Shown here piece by piece: positions 12,378 to 19,680 of a stretch of 36,844 bases of DNA; positions within the stretch are counted from its first letter, which is position 1, and each line of letters begins with the position of its first letter. This DNA comes from Casimicrobiaceae bacterium. Lineage in GTDB: Bacteria > Pseudomonadota > Gammaproteobacteria > Burkholderiales > Casimicrobiaceae. The notes beneath the pieces are model-generated. The model did not search any database, had not been told where the DNA came from, and worked only from the letters and a program-made list of their open reading frames with translations. The position numbers and the translations under genes were made by a program. The DNA lies in NCBI GenBank assembly GCA_035280325.1, contig DATEFZ010000075.1:1-36844 (forward strand), read 5' to 3'.

Positions 12378-13215
12378 CCCTGGTCTCCTTCGGCTCGGTC
12401 GCTGCCACTGCGTCGCGCAGCTTGCGCAGGCTTAGCTGCGGCGATTCGCCGGAGGTTTCGACGACGGCGTCGGCTTTGCGATACAACGGCTCGCGCGAAG
12501 CGAGTATCCGTCGCAGATCGTCCATCGCCTCGGCGTGTCCCGCCATCGGCCGGGTGTCGCCCTGCGCCAGCACGCGGGCCATGTGCTCTTCCGGCCTGGC
12601 TTTCAGCCAAACCGTGTAGCAATGGGCTCGCAGCAGATTGAATGCCTCCTCGTCGGCGACGACGCCGCCGCCGGCGACGATGACGGCGCGATCGTGCTCG
12701 GCGACCACTCGCTGCAGCGCCTTGCATTCGATCCGCCGGTAGCCGGCCTGGCCGTACAGCGCGATCACTTCGCCGACCGGCAGGCCGGTGTCGCGCGTCA
12801 CTTCGCGATTGAGCTCGACCAGCGGGATGCGCAGGTCTTTCGCCAGCAGCGCGCCGAGCGTCGATTTGCCGGCGCCGCGCAATCCGATCAGCGCGACACG
12901 CCGGCGCCTCGCCCGCAACCGCCCGGCCGCGTCGCGCTCGTCGGCGGGCAACAACTCGGCCGCCGAGACGCCCAACGCAGCGGCGACCCGGCGAAGCAGC
13001 ATCACCGAGATGTTTCCGTCGCCGGACTCGAGGTGCCCGAGATAGCGTTCGGAAACGCGCGAGTCGCGCGCCAGCAGCTTGCGCGACATCGTCCGCGCCT
13101 CGCGCAACTCGCGCACCCGCCGGCCCAGCGCCCGCAGGAATTGCGCGTCGGCGACCGAGCCGGTTTCGGACAGCGTCTCGGGAAGCGTTCGGGTGGCGGC
13201 GAAAGCGGGCGGCAT
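12370..13215 (-). CDS. boxR: BoxR/BzdR-type transcriptional regulator (XRE HTH + shikimate-kinase-like effector domain)
   Basis: N-terminal XRE HTH (MSRKLLARDSRVSERYLGHLESGDGNISVMLL). C-terminal shikimate kinase-like P-loop (IGLRGAGKSTLG). 281 aa. The stop codon overlaps the boxC start by 8 nt. Confidence 0.85.
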   Translation of the reverse strand: MPPAFAATRTLPETLSETGSVADAQFLRALGRRVRELREARTMSRKLLARDSRVSERYLGHLESGDGNISVMLLRRVAAALGVSAAELLPADERDAAGRLRARRRRVALIGLRGAGKSTLGALLAKDLRIPLVELNREVTRDTGLPVGEVIALYGQAGYRRIECKALQRVVAEHDRAVIVAGGGVVADEEAFNLLRAHCYTVWLKARPEEHMARVLAQGDTRPMAGHAEAMDDLRRILASREPLYRKADAVVETSGESPQLSLRKLRDAVAATEPKETRDG

Positions 13216-13238
13216 CGCAAGCGAGACTCGGCGGCTGA

Positions 13239-13252
13239 TGCACTATACTGCA
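13239..13252. promoter_or_regulatory. Candidate BoxR/BzdR operator TGCA-N6-TGCA overlapping the -10 box
   Basis: TGCActatacTGCA is at 13239-13252. As I recall, BzdR/BoxR operators in Azoarcus are built from TGCA repeats with this spacing. Here the repeat encloses the TATAGT -10 hexamer. Confidence 0.5.
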
Positions 13253-13271
13253 TAGCTCGGATCCGAGTCAA
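13242..13271 (-). promoter_or_regulatory. Sigma70-type promoter of the boxR-boxCBA operon (-35 TTGACT, 18-nt spacer, -10 TATAGT)
   Basis: The minus strand reads TTGACT(13271-13266)-cggatccgagctatgcag-TATAGT(13247-13242). The -10 box ends 26 nt upstream of the boxR ATG at 13215. The 18-nt spacer contains a perfect 12-bp palindrome, CTCGGATCCGAG (13256-13267). Confidence 0.6.
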
Positions 13272-13389
13272 GCATTATCTTACCTCGCCATCGCGCGTAC
13301 CGCCCGCGACGACGCGCCCAACTAAACGTGCGACAGAAGTGCGCAGCGCTCGAGTCGCCCGCCGACGCTCGGGCGTTTTGCGCGAGGCC

Positions 13390-13818
13390 CTAATCCGGCA
13401 GCGTTTCGCCCGACCCGCCCATCTCCTTGGGCATGTCCTTCATCTTGGGCAAACCGTCGCGTATGCGAAGCACCGATTCCTGGTAGTTGACGTGCAGCTT
13501 CGGCTCGTGGCGATAGCTCGGAATCGTCGCCGCGTACACGTCGACGACGCCCCACAGCGGGTGGTCGGTCAGCAGGTGCCCGCCGCAGGTCTTGCAGAAC
13601 TTGCGGTGGCTCTTGTCCGTCTTGTGATAGACGCCGACGTTGCCTTCGCCTTTGGTGAACTTAACCGCATCGGGCTTCCAGAGGCTGAAAGCGTTGACCG
13701 GCGCCGCTGCCCAGCTGCGGCACGATGCGCAATGGCAGTATCCGGCGGCGACGGGTTCGCCGCTGACCGCGACCTCGACCGCGCCGCAAAAGCAATTGCC
13801 CTTGTGAGTCTGGTTCAT
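13390..13818 (-). CDS. GFA-family (glutathione-dependent formaldehyde-activating / CENP-V-like) zinc protein
   Basis: 142 aa with the characteristic Cys pattern (CFCGAV..., CHCASCR, FCKTCGGHL). Confidence 0.8.
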   Translation of the reverse strand: MNQTHKGNCFCGAVEVAVSGEPVAAGYCHCASCRSWAAAPVNAFSLWKPDAVKFTKGEGNVGVYHKTDKSHRKFCKTCGGHLLTDHPLWGVVDVYAATIPSYRHEPKLHVNYQESVLRIRDGLPKMKDMPKEMGGSGETLPD

Positions 13819-13887
13819 GTCGTCCCCTTGTCGAAAATGCCGATCCGCTCGGATCGGCGCGAGCCAGTGGTCGTACGATCGCTCGCT

Positions 13888-14322
13888 TTACGTGTTCGTG
13901 CGGCTACGCAGACCGACCTTGCGTCGGCCGCCGATTCCCTGCGCTCTGAGGATTGTACGTCCGGTGCGAATGTTCGTTTCCGGCGCGTCGCCGTCCGGCG
14001 TAACGACCTGCGCGGCGCCGGCCGCCACCGCGCCCGCCGCGGCGTCGGCGGCAACCTGCGGTGGCGCGAGATCCGCCCCCGCGGCGAATGCCTCCGGCGC
14101 GGTCGCGGTCGCTTTCTCGGCCATAACGGCATACGGATCGGCGCTGAGCGAGTCGAGTTTCGCCGGCAGCACGACCATCGCGCTGAGCGTGATCGCCGCC
14201 AGGGCCACCGCGACAAAGGCCAGTGCGGCCCGCGGTGTCGACGGTTGGTATCCGTCGATACGATGATCGTTGCGCGCAGGCGAAGCATCGTGTCGACGAG
14301 ACTCTTGCAACAGCAGATGCAT
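13888..14322 (-). CDS. Hypothetical single-pass membrane-anchored Ala-rich protein
   Basis: ATG at 14322 with GGAGAA about 10 nt upstream. One clear TM helix (AALAFVAVALAAITLSAMVVL) followed by an Ala/Pro-rich tail. I recognise no family. Lies downstream of promoter copy A. Confidence 0.4.
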   Translation of the reverse strand: MHLLLQESRRHDASPARNDHRIDGYQPSTPRAALAFVAVALAAITLSAMVVLPAKLDSLSADPYAVMAEKATATAPEAFAAGADLAPPQVAADAAAGAVAAGAAQVVTPDGDAPETNIRTGRTILRAQGIGGRRKVGLRSRTNT

Positions 14323-14408
14323 GGACAGTTTTCTCCAAACTGGGTTTTCGCGATCGCTCGCGTTCGCTGCCGGTGGCGCCGGAAGGAGGGCGCGCGCAGG
14401 CAACCATC

Positions 14409-14471
14409 GCAGTCTAGGGCGCGGATGTGGCAGGCGGATTGCGCCGGCCGGTCATTCTTGTTTCGTTTGTT
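14409..14471 (-). promoter_or_regulatory. Promoter copy A: AT-rich box AACAAACGAAACAA, 41 nt, then TAGACTGC (putative -10), facing the 13888-14322 gene
   Basis: The minus strand reads AACAAACGAAACAA (14471-14458), 41 nt, then TAGACTGC (14416-14409). The same 14-mer, the same 41-nt spacing and the same 8-mer occur at 18681-18743 on the plus strand. The spacers share TC(C/G)GCCTGC at identical offsets. Confidence 0.55.
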
Positions 14472-14493
14472 GCGATGCGCGGCGGCGCATCGC
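14472..14493 (-). terminator. Perfect GC hairpin just after the kinase stop (possible operon-end terminator or insulator)
   Basis: GCGATGCGC-GGCG-GCGCATCGC, a 9-bp stem, lies 14 nt downstream of the stop at 14507. On the transcribed strand it is followed by an A-rich run, not a U-rich one, so it is not a canonical intrinsic terminator. Confidence 0.3.
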
Positions 14494-14506
14494 GAGGACA
14501 GCGACG

Positions 14507-16846
14507 CTAGCGCGGCGGCGCCGCCTCGCCGTCGAGCGCGAGCTCGGCGACGACGCGACGCACTTCGTTGGGCAGGAAGGGCTTCTCGATCACCGGACGG
14601 CCGCTTTGCGAGACGAACTCGCGAAGCGTCGTCGCCAGCGTATCGCCGGTCACGAACACGACCCGCGCGCCAAGTCCGGGCCAGCGCCGCTCGATCTCCA
14701 GGTAGAGCGCGCGGCCATCCAGATCGGGCATGCGGATGTCGGTCAGAATTGCATCGTAGCGATCGACCGCCATGTGCTGCAGCGCTTCGCGGCCCGAGGC
14801 GACCGCCACCACGCGGTGATGCGCGGCCATCAGGATGTCGGCCAGCGTTTCGCGAATCTCCGCCTCGTCGTCGATGATCAGTATCTTTCGCTGGCGGCTG
14901 CCCGACCTCGGCGACGACGCGGCCTCGATCGGGCCGATGCTGACGGTGCCGACCGGCAAGGTGACGGTGAACTCGGCGCCGCCCTGCGGCGGACATTCGA
15001 CCGAAAGCGTGCCCTGGTGCGCCTCGACGATGCCCAGGCTGACCGCCAGTCCGACGCCCAGGCCGATTCCGGTCGGCTTGGTCGTGAAGTACGGCTCGAA
15101 TATCCGCGCCCGCTGCTGCTCGGGTATGCCCGGTCCGCTGTCGGCGACGGTGACGCGCACCAGCTCGGCGGCCGCGTCGTAACGGCTGGTCACCCGGATG
15201 CGCCGCGGCCCGGGATGGTCCTGCAGCGCCTGCTGCGCGTTGATGATCAGGTTGAGCAGCACCTGGTGCAGCTGATCGGCGTCGGCCTGGATCAGCGGAA
15301 TGTCGCCGGCGAGATCGAGCGTCACCTGGATGCTGCTCGTTCGCACCGGATAGGCGGTGATGTCGAGCGCCGCCGCCACGACGTCGTTGATCGCCACCGG
15401 ACCGCGCTCGGGGCGCTGTTGCCGCGCCATGGCGAGAAACGTCCGCACGATGCGCGCGCAGCGCTCGGCGGCGGTGCGAATCTTCTGCGCGGCGGCCTGC
15501 GTCGGCGCGTCTCCCTGCTCCTCGAGCAGCACCGCCCGCGCGACGACGACCGACAACGGATTGTTGAGCTCGTGCGAGACGCCGGCCAGCAGCGAGCCGA
15601 GGGCAGCCAGCTTTTCCCGCTGGTAGAGCGACTCGCGCTGCCGCGCCAGCTCTTCGGCCGATCGCTTCTTCTCGGTGATGTCGCGCGCCAGAGCCAGTAT
15701 CCGGTCCTGACCGCCGATGGTGACGCGCTTGACGAACACCTCGTACCACCGCAGGGTGCCGTCCTTGCTCCTGCCGTGCCATTCGATCTGCAGCTGCTCG
15801 CCGGCGGCGGCCCGCGCCACCAGCGCCACCGCGTCCTGTTGCGTGTACGGCCGCTCGCCGGAGCCGAGCGATCCGATCTCGAGATCCTTCAGCTCGTCGC
15901 GCCTGTAGCCAAACGCGGCGCAGGCTCTCGGATTGGCGTCGACGATGGCGCCAGTGTCGAGGTCGTGCACGAAAATGGCATCCTCGGCGGCATCGAAGAT
16001 CGCCCGATAGCTCGCCTCGGACACGCGCAACGCCTCGGCGGCGCGCATGCGCTCGGCGATGTCGTCGCGCAGCCGGGTCTGGGTGTTGGCGACTTCGCGC
16101 GCCATCGCATCGAAGGCGCGCCCCAGCCGGCCCAGCTCGTCGTTGCCCTTGATGTCGCTCCGGGCCTTGAGATCGCCGGCGGCGAGCTGCTCGGCGGCGT
16201 GCACCAGCTGCGCGGTGCGGCGGGTAAGCAGGAAATGGAACACCAGCCACATCGCCAGCGCCAGCGCGGTGACCCATCCCGCCCAGTACAGCGATTGCTG
16301 CTCGACCTGGGCGCGGGCCTCGGCTTTGTAGCGCTTGAGGTCGTAGCCCAGGAACAGGCTGCCGGTCCGCGATGGACGCGGCTCGTCGCCGGCGCTGCCC
16401 ATCAGGACGCCGGCGTAGCCGAGCAGCTCGTCGCGCCTGGAGTCGACGGTGATCCCCGAGCGACGCTGGCGGATGGCTCCGGTCGCCCGGTCGAGATCGA
16501 ATTGCGGCAATACTTCCGCCACCTGCCGGCCGAGCCACGCCCGCCGCGTCGCTGCGACGACGGTATTCATGTCGTCGGTCAGCACGGCGAGGCTGACGTC
16601 GTGGTTGTGCGCCAGCACCGCGATCTCGTGCTGCGCCCCCGCCTGGTCGCCCTTGAGCAGCAGGTACTCGAGGGTGCTTTGCAGGCGCGACATCTCCTGC
16701 GCCAGATGCTTGCGGCCGTCCTCTTCCGCCCCGCGCTCGGCTTCCGGGACGTGATAGAGCAGGTTCACCGTGCTGAGCGCCGCGGCGAAGCCGAGCAGGA
16801 TCAGCGGCACGGTGAACTTGAGCGTCGCCGGCGCCTGCAGGTTCAT
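14507..16846 (-). CDS. Hybrid sensor histidine kinase (2 TM + periplasmic domain, HAMP, PAS, HisKA, HATPase_c, C-terminal receiver)
   Basis: ATG at 16846 overlaps the upstream stop (ATGA). TM1 is FTVPLILLGFAAALSTV and TM2 is WAGWVTALALAMWLVFHFLL. The H-box is LAGVSHELNNPL and the G-boxes are DSGPGIP and GIGLGVGL. The receiver is KILIIDDE...ILTDIRMPDLDG. No Hpt domain is visible. Confidence 0.9.
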   Translation of the reverse strand: MNLQAPATLKFTVPLILLGFAAALSTVNLLYHVPEAERGAEEDGRKHLAQEMSRLQSTLEYLLLKGDQAGAQHEIAVLAHNHDVSLAVLTDDMNTVVAATRRAWLGRQVAEVLPQFDLDRATGAIRQRRSGITVDSRRDELLGYAGVLMGSAGDEPRPSRTGSLFLGYDLKRYKAEARAQVEQQSLYWAGWVTALALAMWLVFHFLLTRRTAQLVHAAEQLAAGDLKARSDIKGNDELGRLGRAFDAMAREVANTQTRLRDDIAERMRAAEALRVSEASYRAIFDAAEDAIFVHDLDTGAIVDANPRACAAFGYRRDELKDLEIGSLGSGERPYTQQDAVALVARAAAGEQLQIEWHGRSKDGTLRWYEVFVKRVTIGGQDRILALARDITEKKRSAEELARQRESLYQREKLAALGSLLAGVSHELNNPLSVVVARAVLLEEQGDAPTQAAAQKIRTAAERCARIVRTFLAMARQQRPERGPVAINDVVAAALDITAYPVRTSSIQVTLDLAGDIPLIQADADQLHQVLLNLIINAQQALQDHPGPRRIRVTSRYDAAAELVRVTVADSGPGIPEQQRARIFEPYFTTKPTGIGLGVGLAVSLGIVEAHQGTLSVECPPQGGAEFTVTLPVGTVSIGPIEAASSPRSGSRQRKILIIDDEAEIRETLADILMAAHHRVVAVASGREALQHMAVDRYDAILTDIRMPDLDGRALYLEIERRWPGLGARVVFVTGDTLATTLREFVSQSGRPVIEKPFLPNEVRRVVAELALDGEAAPPR

Positions 16847-17817
16847 CGGGTCAGGGCAGCCAGTGGTTCCGGTGCGAGCAGCGGCTCGATCTCGAATCCG
16901 GCGCGCAGCAGTTTGGCATCGACCATCAGCGCCATCAGCCGACGGCCGGTCACCGCCAGCTCGGGCGTCGCGCCGCCCAGCATCCGCAGATTCTCGTCGC
17001 GCGACGGGATGCGCAGGCCCCGCTGGGCCTGCAGGAACTGCTCGCCGGTGGTCTGCTGCCGGATGCCCATGCGCCGCGCCGCATCGACCGGGCTGCGCTC
17101 GATGTAGTCGATCGCGTCGAACCAGCCGACGAGCAGCGCCTGCAGCGCCTTGGGCTGCCTCTCGATGACGCTGTCGCGCACCGCCAGCAGATCGACGATC
17201 TCGCCCGGAATCTGGGTGCTGTCGAACAGCGTCGCGGCGCCGGCGCGCAGGAACTGGGCGCGATACGGGTCGAACGTGACCGCGCCGTCGACCTGCCCTT
17301 TTTCGAACGCCCCCGGCTGCTCGTTCGATTCCAGGTGCACCGGGTTGACGTCGCCCGCCTGCATGCCGTTGATGGCGAGCGCGCGGCTCAGCACGAAGGC
17401 GCCCAGCGCGCTGCTCTCGACGGCGACCGACTTGCCCTTGAGGTCGCGCATCGAACGCATGCCGCGGCGGCCGACGACGACGTCGGCGCCGTGCGAGACG
17501 TCGACGACCAGGATGATCCGCGGCCGGAATCCGTCGGCCGCGAGCTCGAAGGTCTCGTCGAGGCTGATCACCATGCCGTCGATCGCCTGGTTGCGAAAGG
17601 CGCGCAGCACTTCGCTCGCCGACGGATATTCGACCAGTTGCACCGTCGCCGGGTCCAGCCGGCCCAGCTCGCGCGCCAGGTACAGCGGCTCGCTGCCGAT
17701 CCAGACGTTGGTCCCGATGCGTAATGCCGTTTCCGGCGCCCGCATGCATCCGGCAAGGAGCAGCGCCAGCGCAACGCCAATCAGGCCTCGCAAAAAGTGC
17801 CGCGGATTCGCGCTCAT
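16843..17817 (-). CDS. Periplasmic solute-binding lipoprotein, NMT1/SsuA/TauA-like (NitT/TauT family)
   Basis: MSANPRHFLRGLIGVALALLLAGC carries an LLAGC lipobox. The body resembles COG0715-type SBPs (LRIGTNVWIGSEPLYLA...). No permease or ATPase gene is adjacent. Preferred start is 17817, 7 nt after the RR stop; the ORF-track start at 17850 would overlap the RR gene. Confidence 0.8.
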   Translation of the reverse strand: MSANPRHFLRGLIGVALALLLAGCMRAPETALRIGTNVWIGSEPLYLARELGRLDPATVQLVEYPSASEVLRAFRNQAIDGMVISLDETFELAADGFRPRIILVVDVSHGADVVVGRRGMRSMRDLKGKSVAVESSALGAFVLSRALAINGMQAGDVNPVHLESNEQPGAFEKGQVDGAVTFDPYRAQFLRAGAATLFDSTQIPGEIVDLLAVRDSVIERQPKALQALLVGWFDAIDYIERSPVDAARRMGIRQQTTGEQFLQAQRGLRIPSRDENLRMLGGATPELAVTGRRLMALMVDAKLLRAGFEIEPLLAPEPLAALTR

Positions 17818-17824
17818 CGTGCGC

Positions 17825-18532
17825 TCACGCTCCGTCCGGAACGAAGACATAACCCTCGTTACGCACCGTTCTGATGAACCTCGGATGCTCGGGATCGGGC
17901 TCGATCTTCTTGCGCAGCCGCATGATGCGCAGGTCCACGCTGCGGTCGAACGGGTCCCAGCTTCGCTGATTGAGATTGAGGATCCGCTCGCGCGAAAGCG
18001 CCCGGTTGGGATGCTCGGCCAGCGCCTTGAGCAGGTCGAACTCGAGCGGCGACATCGCGACCTCGGCCCCCTTGTCGTCGGTCAGCCGGTGGGCAGCGAG
18101 GTCGAGCACGCAGCGGCCGATGCGCACCCGCGCCGCGCCGAGCTCGGCGCGAGCCGCCGACGACGTGCGGCGCAGCACGCTCTTGACGCGCGCCAGCAGT
18201 TCGCGCGGGTCGAACGGCTTCGGGATGTAGTCGTCGGCGCCCATCTCGAGTCCGACGATGCGATCGACGACCGTCGACGCGGAAGTCAGCATCACGATCG
18301 CGATTCCCGCGTAGCGCTCGCGCAGGTGCCGCGCCAGCGCCAGCCCATCCTCGCCCGGCATGTGGATGTCGACCAGCGCCAGGTCGATCGCATGCCGCGC
18401 CGCCTCCGCCTTGGCCGTGGCGGCGCTCTCGACCGCCATGACCGCGTAGCCGTGGCGAACAAGGTATTCCTCCAGCACCTCGCGCACCTCCGGCTCGTCG
18501 TCGACGACCAGGATGGTGGCTTTCGCGCTCAC
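17825..18532 (-). CDS. OmpR/PhoB-family response regulator
   Basis: GTG at 18532 with GGAG 11 nt upstream. Receiver is ILVVDDEPEVREVL...LALVDIHMPGEDG. Winged-helix output is LSPLEFDLLKALAEHPNRALSRERIL...IRTVRNEGYVF. About 235 aa. Confidence 0.9.
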   Translation of the reverse strand: MSAKATILVVDDEPEVREVLEEYLVRHGYAVMAVESAATAKAEAARHAIDLALVDIHMPGEDGLALARHLRERYAGIAIVMLTSASTVVDRIVGLEMGADDYIPKPFDPRELLARVKSVLRRTSSAARAELGAARVRIGRCVLDLAAHRLTDDKGAEVAMSPLEFDLLKALAEHPNRALSRERILNLNQRSWDPFDRSVDLRIMRLRKKIEPDPEHPRFIRTVRNEGYVFVPDGA

Positions 18533-18680
18533 GGACTGACCCACTCCTTCGGTCCTCGGCAGGCGACCGATCGCTCCCTCGGCGGGCGGATGGCAAATCA
18601 TACAGCTCCCCTGACAACGATGCTCCGGACCAAGCATAGATCGACTCGGCACCGATTTCACGCGCGCCGTGGCGACATGA

Positions 18681-18743
18681 AACAAACGAAACAAAACGCC
18701 CCCGGCACTGAAGTCGGCCTGCTGCGCGCGCTCGCTAGACTGC
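18681..18743 (+). promoter_or_regulatory. Promoter copy B: AACAAACGAAACAA, 41 nt, then TAGACTGC, facing the membrane-protein/GNAT/DUF1127 operon
   Basis: The plus strand has the 14-mer at 18681-18694 and TAGACTGC at 18736-18743. The putative -10 ends 30 nt before the GTG at 18772. With flanks, the box reads as tandem GAAACAAAC-GAAACAAAAC. Confidence 0.55.
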
Positions 18744-18771
18744 ACTGCAACAGAGCTCGCAGGAGATCGCA

Positions 18772-19122
18772 GTGGATTCGCGTAACGAGATATTCCGCCC
18801 GGCGCCGGCGCCGCTTCGCGCGCTGAGCATGTCCGCGATCTGGCTGCATATCGGGTTGGTCGGCGCTACCACGGTCGCCGCCGGGCTGCTGGAACTGACC
18901 GAAGGCGCCGCCGTCGCGTGGGGGCTCGCGCTGGTGCTGGCCGGCGGCGCGTTGGCGATGTTCGGATGGCGCCGGGGACTCGCCACCCTGCAACGGCTCG
19001 ATCCGTCGGCGACCATCGTCGCCGATGCGTTTGTCACGGCCAGACGCATCGCCGAGCGGCCGCCCGCGACCGGAAGCGGCCGCGCGGTCGCGATCTCCGC
19101 GCCCCTCGAGCAGGAACCATGA
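18772..19122 (+). CDS. Small two-TM membrane protein (hypothetical)
   Basis: GTG start with AGGAG 6 nt upstream. Two hydrophobic helices (IWLHIGLVGATTVAAGLL, VAWGLALVLAGGALAMFGW). The stop overlaps the GNAT start (ATGA). Confidence 0.5.
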   Translation: MDSRNEIFRPAPAPLRALSMSAIWLHIGLVGATTVAAGLLELTEGAAVAWGLALVLAGGALAMFGWRRGLATLQRLDPSATIVADAFVTARRIAERPPATGSGRAVAISAPLEQEP

Positions 19123-19655
19123 TGATGACCTTCGCCATCCAGCACCTCAACGAGTGCATACGCGGCGCTCTCGTCGGCCACTTTCTGGCCCTGCCGCTCA
19201 AGGACCGCAGCCTGCGCTTCGGCAGCGCGCTGGCGCCCGCCGTCATCGCCCGCTACGTCGACGGGATCGATTTTCGCCGTGACACGGTGTTCGGCGTTCA
19301 CGACGCGGAGCTGGTGCTGATCGGCGTCGCGCACCTTGCGATCGAGCACGGCGTCGCCGAGCTGGCGCTCTCGGTGCTGCCCGGGCATCGTCGATGCGGT
19401 ATCGGCAGCGCGCTCGTGAGGCGCGCCGTGACGTATGCGCGCAAGCGCGGCACATCGCGGCTGTTCATGCGCTGCCGATCGGAAAACGCATCGATCGTGC
19501 GCATGGCGCAGCGGTTCGACATGGACATCGTCGCCAGCGGCGGCGACGCCGAGGCGCGGCTCGAGCTGCGAGCCCCACCGCGCGCGGCGCAGGTATTCGA
19601 ACGCGCCTTGTCGTTCGTCTTCCGCGCCGCCGAGCCGACTCGCTCGCTTCCGTAA
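19119..19655 (+). CDS. GNAT-family N-acetyltransferase
   Basis: About 178 aa. Acetyl-CoA motif A-like segment LSVLPGHRRCGIGSALVRRAV. Start is one of three consecutive ATGs at 19119-19127. Confidence 0.7.
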   Translation: MMMTFAIQHLNECIRGALVGHFLALPLKDRSLRFGSALAPAVIARYVDGIDFRRDTVFGVHDAELVLIGVAHLAIEHGVAELALSVLPGHRRCGIGSALVRRAVTYARKRGTSRLFMRCRSENASIVRMAQRFDMDIVASGGDAEARLELRAPPRAAQVFERALSFVFRAAEPTRSLP

Positions 19656-19680
19656 ACCGATCCAGGATCGAAGCCGAATC

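Noticed and set aside
13356-13379. Plus-strand terminator-like hairpin CGCCCG-8 nt-CGGGCG-TTTT between the GFA gene and the boxR promoter, which could mark a divergent sRNA
   Set aside because: The stem is only 6 bp, with no plus-strand gene or promoter evident upstream. It may simply be an imperfect terminator region for the minus-strand GFA gene. The evidence is too weak to call.
12535-17749. Very long ORFs 12535-14877 +, 13815-16538 -, 14270-17107 + and the 1080-aa version of the kinase (14507-17749 -)
   Set aside because: These are low-complexity Arg/Ala-rich translations. The kinase has a clean ATG at 16846 with an ATGA overlap to the SBP gene, and upstream of it that frame is shadow sequence over the SBP gene.
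14409-18743. Interpreting the inverted 14-mer/8-mer copies as terminal inverted repeats of a mobile element carrying the two-component operon
   Set aside because: There is no transposase, integrase or target-site duplication. Similarity is confined to discrete blocks at fixed promoter-like spacing and does not run along the arms. Each copy is correctly oriented and positioned upstream of an outward-facing gene. I retain this only as a minor alternative.
17818-18745. Longer starts for the SBP (17850) and the response regulator (18745, MQSSERAQQ...)
   Set aside because: The 17850 start overlaps the RR gene by 26 nt and precedes the lipoprotein signal with a charged stretch. The 18745 start adds about 70 non-homologous residues before the receiver domain, whereas GTG 18532 has a GGAG RBS and gives a standard 235-aa OmpR-family protein.
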